DNA of 64,000 nt from Parcubacteria bacterium C7867-006 (GTDB lineage: Bacteria > Patescibacteriota > Minisyncoccia > Phycocordibacterales > DATDWN01), in contig LFCP01000004.1 in NCBI GenBank assembly GCA_001189155.1, forward strand, positions 133,618-197,617. Direction: 5' to 3'. Numbering within the stretch: the stretch's first letter is position 1; each line of letters begins with the position of its first letter. A program made the translations under genes and the position numbers. The notes beneath the pieces were generated by a model that did not search any database, was not told where the DNA came from, and saw only the letters and a program-made list of their open reading frames with translations. Positions 58,569 through 64,000 of this stretch are shown here, one piece after another.

Positions 58569-58955
58569 ATGAATTCTGAGACATTCACAATAACAAACAA
58601 GACTAAAGGTGCGCTCCCAAGCGTGCCTTTTGCAAAAATAAAAGATATTGCAATGGGTAAGGGTTATTCCCTATCTCTAGTTTTTATAGGAGAAAGAAGA
58701 TCAAAAAAGTTAAATGGAAGTTACCGAAACAAAAATAAATCAACAAATGTTTTAAGTTTCACTTTAGATAAAAAAAATGGAGAAATTTTTATAACTCCAG
58801 CTGTTGTAAAAAAACAAACCAAAAAATTTGGGAGAAATTTTCAAAATCTTGTTGCATTTTTGTTTATCCACGGTTTGATGCATTTGAAAGGAATGGACCA
58901 TGGTAGTACAATGGAAAGAGCGGAACAAAAGTTGCGAAAGCAGTTTGGAATTTAG
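58569..58955 (+). CDS. ybeY: rRNA maturation RNase YbeY
   Basis: HGLMHLKGMDH metal-binding motif. Confidence 0.8.
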   Translation: MNSETFTITNKTKGALPSVPFAKIKDIAMGKGYSLSLVFIGERRSKKLNGSYRNKNKSTNVLSFTLDKKNGEIFITPAVVKKQTKKFGRNFQNLVAFLFIHGLMHLKGMDHGSTMERAEQKLRKQFGI

Positions 58956-58984
58956 TAAAAATTTTTCTCCGCACCATTTCACTA

Positions 58985-60166
58985 ATGATGCGTAATATTA
59001 CAGTAGGAATAGATATTGGAACATACCAAGTAAAAGTGGTAGTGGCAGAACTTGTTAGAGAAAATAACAAAAATGTAACAAAAATACTAGGTACTGGGCT
59101 AACAGAATCAAAAGGTTTAAGGCATGGTTATATTATAAACAGCGCTGATGTTACTCAAAGCATACAAACAGCTGTAAGACAAGCGGAAAAAACATCTGGA
59201 GTTAAAATAAATAAAGCCTATGTTGCTGTTGGCGGCATAGGCCTTTCTGGTATCACATCCAGCTCTAGCACTATGATAGGTAGAGCTGATTTGCAAATAA
59301 CTGATCTTGATATAGAAAAACTCAATGAAATCTGCGAGGAAAACATCTCTCCGAATCTAATTCAGAACCACAGAATACTTCACAGTATTCCTCTTTCATA
59401 CAAAATAGATGGAAAACCTGTTCTAGCAAAAACACCTTTAGATATGAAAGGTACAAAACTAGAAGTTAAAATGCTTTTTATAACATGCCTTGAGGCCCAC
59501 TTAAACGACCTGCTAGAAGCTATAGATCAAGCAGGTATAGAAGTAATAGATGTAATGGCCTCACCTATTGCAGCTTCTTTTGTAACTTTAACTAAAGCTC
59601 AGAAAATAGCTGGATGTGTACTAGCAAACATAGGAGCAGAAACCATAACTATTGTTATTTTTGAAAACAATATTCCTATTTCTCTAGAAGTCTTCCCTAT
59701 TGGCTCAACTGATATTACAAACGACATAGCCCTTGGCTTAAAAATCCCACTTGAAGAAGCAGAAAATATAAAAATTGGAGGACTAACATCAACTACTTAT
59801 TCAAAAAAGAAACTAGATGAGATAGTTACAGCAAGACTTACTGATATGTTTGAATTAATAGAAAATCATCTGAAAAAAGTTGGAAGAAACGGATTGCTTC
59901 CTGCAGGAATATTTATAACTGGAGGAGGTGGTGGTATTGGAACAATAGAAGATTTTGCAAAAGCCGCATTAAAACTACCATCAAGAATAGCAAGTATGAC
60001 TTTAGGAGAGCAAAAAAGTAGTGTGAAGGATTCTACTTGGGCTGTGGCTTATGGTTTGTGTATGCTTGGCTTTTCAAAAGAAGAAAAAAGAAATCTTGGA
60101 ATAAAAAACTCAATGAGTAGAACTGGTGCAAAATTACTAAACTTTTTCAAACAATTCTTACCTTAA
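58985..60166 (+). CDS. ftsA: Cell division protein FtsA
   Basis: Actin-fold phosphate motifs (VGIDIGTYQVKVVVAE and the GGGG region). Confidence 0.85.
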   Translation: MMRNITVGIDIGTYQVKVVVAELVRENNKNVTKILGTGLTESKGLRHGYIINSADVTQSIQTAVRQAEKTSGVKINKAYVAVGGIGLSGITSSSSTMIGRADLQITDLDIEKLNEICEENISPNLIQNHRILHSIPLSYKIDGKPVLAKTPLDMKGTKLEVKMLFITCLEAHLNDLLEAIDQAGIEVIDVMASPIAASFVTLTKAQKIAGCVLANIGAETITIVIFENNIPISLEVFPIGSTDITNDIALGLKIPLEEAENIKIGGLTSTTYSKKKLDEIVTARLTDMFELIENHLKKVGRNGLLPAGIFITGGGGGIGTIEDFAKAALKLPSRIASMTLGEQKSSVKDSTWAVAYGLCMLGFSKEEKRNLGIKNSMSRTGAKLLNFFKQFLP

Positions 60167-60311
60167 TCGAAAGAAAATAGCTAAAATTAATGATTTATAA
60201 GAGCACAATTGACGCCATAAAGTCAACTGTTTTTATTTATAGACTTTGATGATATAGTACTGGTACGACAGAGAAGGATAAGAGATTTAACTGTAATAAA
60301 ACCTTAAAAAT

Positions 60312-61475
60312 ATGCCTCAAATTAAACCAGAAGTAGAAGCATTTGCACGAATAAAAGTCCTTGGAATTGGAGGTTCTGGAAAGAACGCTCTAAACCACAT
60401 GATTAACTCCAAAGTAAAAGGGGTTGATTTTATTGCTGTAAACACAGATTCTCAAGACTTACACCACGTTCAAGCTAAAAGAAAAATCCACATTGGAAAA
60501 AACTTGACTCGAGGACTTGGAGCTGGAATGAATCCTGAGCTCGGAAAAAGAGCAGTAGAAGAAACAAAGGAAGAAATCCAAGAAGCGATCAAAGGTGCTG
60601 ATATGGCTTTTATCACTTGCGGACTTGGAGGAGGGACTGGAACAGGTGCAGCCCCTATCGTAGCTAGAATAGCAAAAGAAATGGGAGCTCTAACAGTGGC
60701 TGTTGTTACAAAGCCCTTCTTTTTCGAAGGACAACAGAGAATGAAACTAGCTGAGGCTGGACTTGAGGAACTACGAGGTGCAGTTGATGCAATCATTGTT
60801 ATTCCAAACGATAGACTTCTCTCAACTATTTCAAAGGAGACTACTGCAAAATCAGCTTTTGCAATCTGTGATGATGTTCTAAAGTCGGCTGTAGAAGGAA
60901 TCTCAGACCTTATTACTACTCCAGGTATCATCAACATCGACTTCGCAGATATTAAAGCTGTGATGGCTGATGCTGGTTCAGCTCTTATGGGTATTGGAGT
61001 TGCTACAGGCGAGAAAAGAGCAGAAGAAGCCGCAAAGATGGCCATTAACTCCCCTCTACTAGAAGTTTCAATAAACGGTGCAAAGGGAGTTCTATTCTCT
61101 ATTGCTGGAGGAGATGATTTGGGAATGTTTGAAATCCAGGACGCTGCAAAAATCATCACTGAATCAGTTGATCCAAATGCACGAATTATTTTTGGTACAG
61201 TAAAAGACGATAAACTAAAGAAGGGTGAGGTTAAAATCACAGTTATAGCGTCAAACTTCCCAGAAAACTTTAACAAGAAAACCCTATTCCAATCTTCACC
61301 TACAGTCTCAACTCCAGCGCCAAAAAGAGAAGAACCAGTAGAAGAAAAAGGTAAAATCTACAACTCTATCCCAACTCAAAGCAGTACTACAGAAGAACCT
61401 AAAAAAATAATTGATGATGAGGATGATGAATGGGGTGCAGTGCCAGCATTTCTAAGAAGGTCAAAGATCAAATAA
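60312..61475 (+). CDS. ftsZ: Cell division protein FtsZ
   Basis: GGGTGTGAAP tubulin signature. Confidence 0.9.
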   Translation: MPQIKPEVEAFARIKVLGIGGSGKNALNHMINSKVKGVDFIAVNTDSQDLHHVQAKRKIHIGKNLTRGLGAGMNPELGKRAVEETKEEIQEAIKGADMAFITCGLGGGTGTGAAPIVARIAKEMGALTVAVVTKPFFFEGQQRMKLAEAGLEELRGAVDAIIVIPNDRLLSTISKETTAKSAFAICDDVLKSAVEGISDLITTPGIINIDFADIKAVMADAGSALMGIGVATGEKRAEEAAKMAINSPLLEVSINGAKGVLFSIAGGDDLGMFEIQDAAKIITESVDPNARIIFGTVKDDKLKKGEVKITVIASNFPENFNKKTLFQSSPTVSTPAPKREEPVEEKGKIYNSIPTQSSTTEEPKKIIDDEDDEWGAVPAFLRRSKIK

Positions 61476-61476
61476 T

Positions 61477-61509
61477 AAAATAGCCTCCGAACGGAGGCTA
61501 TTTTATTTT
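61477..61509 (+). terminator. Intrinsic terminator (tagcctccg aa cggaggcta tttt)
   Basis: Read directly. Confidence 0.65.
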
Positions 61510-61536
61510 CCTATAATCCTGATATACTGAAATTCT

Positions 61537-62460
61537 ATGACATACGACTTAATCATAATCGGAGGTGGACCAGCAGGAGTATCTGCTGGTGTTTACGCTG
61601 CTAGAAAAAAATTAAAGACTCTACTTATTGCTCCAGAATTCGGAGGACAAAGTATAGTATCAGAAGGAATTGAAAACTGGATAGGAACAATAAAAATACC
61701 AGGTTCCGAATTAGCAGAAAACCTTAAAAAACACTTGTTGGCTTATGCTAATGATTCAGTTGTGGTAAAAGAAGGAGAAAGTGTAAAAGATATCAAAAAA
61801 GATACTGAAGGTTTTATTGTTTTAACAGATGATGGAGAATACTCAACAAAAACTATTTTGATTGCCACTGGAAGCACTAGACGAAAACTAGATGTTCTTG
61901 GAGCAGAAGAATTTGATAATAAAGGTTTAACATACTGCGCCTCTTGTGATGGCCCTTTATTCGCTGGCCAGGATGTTGTTGTTATTGGAGGTGGAAACGC
62001 AGCGTTTGAAACTTCAGCTCAACTACTAGCCTACTGTAAAAGCGTAACTCTACTAAATAGATCGGATAAATTTAAAGCTGATGAAATTACAATAAACAGA
62101 CTGAAAGAAAATAGTCATTTCAAAGTGATCACAAATGCTATACCAAAAGAAATAAAAGGTGATAAATTTGTCTCGTCTATTGTATATGAGGATGCTGCGA
62201 CAAACGAAACTCATGAGATACAAACTCCTGCAGTTTTTGTAGAAATCGGGTTAATTCCAACAACTTATTTCGCTAAAAATATTATTAACCTAAATCAAAT
62301 CGGGCAAATACCAGTAAATCCAAAAACACAACAAACAGAAGTAAAAGGTATTTGGGCTGCCGGAGACTGTACTGACGGTCTATATCACCAGAACAATATT
62401 GCATCAGGTGACGCTGTTAAAGCCCTAGAGGACATCTACGTTAACCTACATACTAAGTAA
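61537..62460 (+). CDS. trxB: Thioredoxin-disulfide reductase
   Basis: FAD motif GGGPAG and redox CASCDG. Confidence 0.85.
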   Translation: MTYDLIIIGGGPAGVSAGVYAARKKLKTLLIAPEFGGQSIVSEGIENWIGTIKIPGSELAENLKKHLLAYANDSVVVKEGESVKDIKKDTEGFIVLTDDGEYSTKTILIATGSTRRKLDVLGAEEFDNKGLTYCASCDGPLFAGQDVVVIGGGNAAFETSAQLLAYCKSVTLLNRSDKFKADEITINRLKENSHFKVITNAIPKEIKGDKFVSSIVYEDAATNETHEIQTPAVFVEIGLIPTTYFAKNIINLNQIGQIPVNPKTQQTEVKGIWAAGDCTDGLYHQNNIASGDAVKALEDIYVNLHTK

Positions 62461-62463
62461 AAG

Positions 62464-62535
62464 TGACCTTACCGGGAATCGAACCCGGATTGCAGCCTTG
62501 AAAAGGCCGCGTCCTAACCGTTAGACGATAAGGCC
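62464..62535 (-). tRNA. tRNA-Glu (anticodon TTC)
   Basis: Acceptor GGCCTTA/TAAGGTC, anticodon loop TTTTCAA, T-loop TTCGATT. Confidence 0.7.
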
Positions 62536-62603
62536 AACAGCACAGCAAAACTATAGCATTTTTTGTAAAAAAAGCAAAAATATGCTAGTTTTACTGTGTT
62601 AAC

Positions 62604-62676
62604 GCGCGGTTAGCTCAGTTGGTAGAGCATCTCATTGACGTTGAGAGGGTCAGAGGTTCGAGTCCTCTATCGCGCA
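62604..62676 (+). tRNA. tRNA-Val (anticodon GAC)
   Basis: Acceptor GCGCGGT/ATCGCGC, anticodon loop TTGACGT, T-loop TTCGAGT. Confidence 0.75.
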
Positions 62677-62680
62677 CAAA

Positions 62681-63862
62681 ATGAAAATTTTAAGCATCGA
62701 AACCTCCTGTGATGAGACAGCAGTGAGTATAGTTGAAGCTGAAGGAGGACTAGACTCCCCCTCATTTAAAGTCCTGGGAAATGCCTTATTCTCACAGATA
62801 GCCATACACAAAGAATATGGTGGGGTCTATCCTATGCTAGCGAAACGAGAGCACGCAAAAAACCTAGCACCACTTTTAGAAAAAAGTCTAAAAGATGCTG
62901 GTTTACTAAAAAACCAACAAAACAACCATACTGAAGAATTTTGGAAAGACGTAGAAAATATTTTATCTAGAGAAGAAGGTTTATTCCCTGCATTAAAAGA
63001 AACATTCAAAGATATCGATAAGCCAAACATAGATGCAATATCTGTTACTTCTGGTCCCGGACTTGAACCAGCTTTGTGGGTTGGTATTAGTTTTGCGACA
63101 GCATTAGGAAAGCTTTGGAACATACCTGTTATTGGTGTAAACCATATGGAAGGGCATATTGCTTCAGTTTTAATAGAAAATATAGACGAAAGAAAAGTTG
63201 AATTCCCTGCTCTAGCAGTTTTGATTTCAGGTGGTCATACAGAAATAGTCAAAATAAACTCTTGGGGTAAATATAAAGTTATTGGACAAACAGTAGATGA
63301 TGCTGTTGGCGAGGCCTTTGATAAAGTAGCTAGACTTCTAGGATTACCCTACCCGGGAGGACCAGAAATCTCTCGTTTAGCAGAAAAAGCAAGAGAAGAA
63401 AATCTTCCTCACACAGCAAAACTGCCTAGACCAATGCTACATTCAAACAACCTAAACTTTTCATTCTCAGGCCTAAAAACTGCAGTGCTTTATTACATTA
63501 GAGACCATTTTTCTGGTAGTTTTGAAAATATGAACGAAGAAAATAAATCTGATCTAGCACGTGAATTTGAAGATGCCGTTATAGATGTTTTGAGAGAAAA
63601 AACAAATGAAGCGCTAAAAGAAAATAATGTAAAAACTCTTATAGTTGGAGGTGGAGTAATAGCTAATAAAAAATTAAAAGATGTATTCATTGATTTCGAA
63701 AACAAATACTCTGGGCTTGTAGTAAAAATTCCAACGAGAGGCCTAGCAACAGATAACTCACTAATGATAGCCGTAGCAGCATATATAAACACATGCTTAT
63801 ATCCAGAAATATTAACTAATACAAAAAAAATAATAGCAAAAGGTAATTTAGGATTTGAATAA
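62681..63862 (+). CDS. tsaD: tRNA N6-adenosine threonylcarbamoyltransferase (Kae1/TsaD)
   Basis: SCDETAV, HMEGH and GGVIAN motifs. Confidence 0.85.
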   Translation: MKILSIETSCDETAVSIVEAEGGLDSPSFKVLGNALFSQIAIHKEYGGVYPMLAKREHAKNLAPLLEKSLKDAGLLKNQQNNHTEEFWKDVENILSREEGLFPALKETFKDIDKPNIDAISVTSGPGLEPALWVGISFATALGKLWNIPVIGVNHMEGHIASVLIENIDERKVEFPALAVLISGGHTEIVKINSWGKYKVIGQTVDDAVGEAFDKVARLLGLPYPGGPEISRLAEKAREENLPHTAKLPRPMLHSNNLNFSFSGLKTAVLYYIRDHFSGSFENMNEENKSDLAREFEDAVIDVLREKTNEALKENNVKTLIVGGGVIANKKLKDVFIDFENKYSGLVVKIPTRGLATDNSLMIAVAAYINTCLYPEILTNTKKIIAKGNLGFE

Positions 63863-63895
63863 AAAAGTATTTTATGTTATAAAACTTAAAAGAAG

Positions 63896-63945
63896 CACAA
63901 AACAGAAAGGACTCACGCAATGTGAGTCCTTTCTGTTTTATATTT
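63896..63945 (+). terminator. Intrinsic terminator (17-bp stem aaacagaaaggactcac / gtgagtcctttctgttt)
   Basis: Read directly after tsaD. Confidence 0.65.
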
Positions 63946-64000
63946 AACTACTCTTACTTAGTTCAAATCAATCTCCTTATTTATATCTTCAATCTTTTTA

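Noticed and set aside
60470-61276. 268-aa ORF antisense to ftsZ, plus similar long antisense or overlapping ORFs (for example 22207-22908 opposite topA/rel, 44694-45723 frames opposite the SLT gene, 55866-56300 opposite pth, 15250-15773 opposite dus)
   Set aside because: These are entirely inside well-supported conserved genes on the other strand. They have low-complexity composition and are spurious.
1-64000. CRISPR arrays, rRNA genes, IS elements and integrases
   Set aside because: No regularly spaced direct repeats, no 16S/23S-like sequence, and no transposase or integrase-like ORF were seen anywhere in the window.

Overview
This window reads as a small, AT-rich bacterial chromosome segment; GC looks about 25-30% by eye, and no statistics could be computed. 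Its composition resembles a Patescibacteria/CPR-type genome: compact housekeeping genes (dnaX, dus, folD, ftsQ, serS, dprA, topA, rel, parB, murB/murA, miaA, clpB, infB-rbfA, gyrA, rpsA, pth, lepB, rpsU-ybeY-ftsA-ftsZ-trxB, tsaD), a short IF-2, no Shine-Dalgarno sequence in front of most native genes, and 9 tRNA genes.

The first 9 kb looks like an accessory, defense-type island. It starts with the 3' portion of a type I restriction R subunit. This is followed by a PD-(D/E)xK-like nuclease, a PolB-exo-like 3'-5' exonuclease, a DUF1508 gene flanked by inverted repeats, a possible HEPN-like protein and several small hydrolases and transferases.

The most striking feature is a set of about 12 compact GC-rich cassettes, roughly 50-58% GC by eye. 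Each carries its own TTGACA-type promoter, a GGAGG-type RBS and a GC-clamp terminator. They sit in intergenic gaps between otherwise conserved neighbouring genes. Their cargo includes a GT2 glycosyltransferase, an SPFH/band-7 protein plus a membrane-anchored lytic transglycosylase, and many small orphan ORFs. The SPFH/transglycosylase cassette abuts six tandem paralogous small secreted two-TM proteins that look like VirB2/TrbC pilins.

Three copies of a structured 75-95 nt repeat lie next to the three tRNA-Leu genes, together with partial direct repeats of the tRNA 3' ends. There are also two unannotated small ORFs (bL33 and a 30-aa Cys-rich peptide), a 33-aa hydrophobic peptide cassette, and several hairpin-rich intergenic regions. 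No CRISPR array, rRNA, transposase or integrase was seen. All homology calls come from reading motifs by eye and should be confirmed by database searches.
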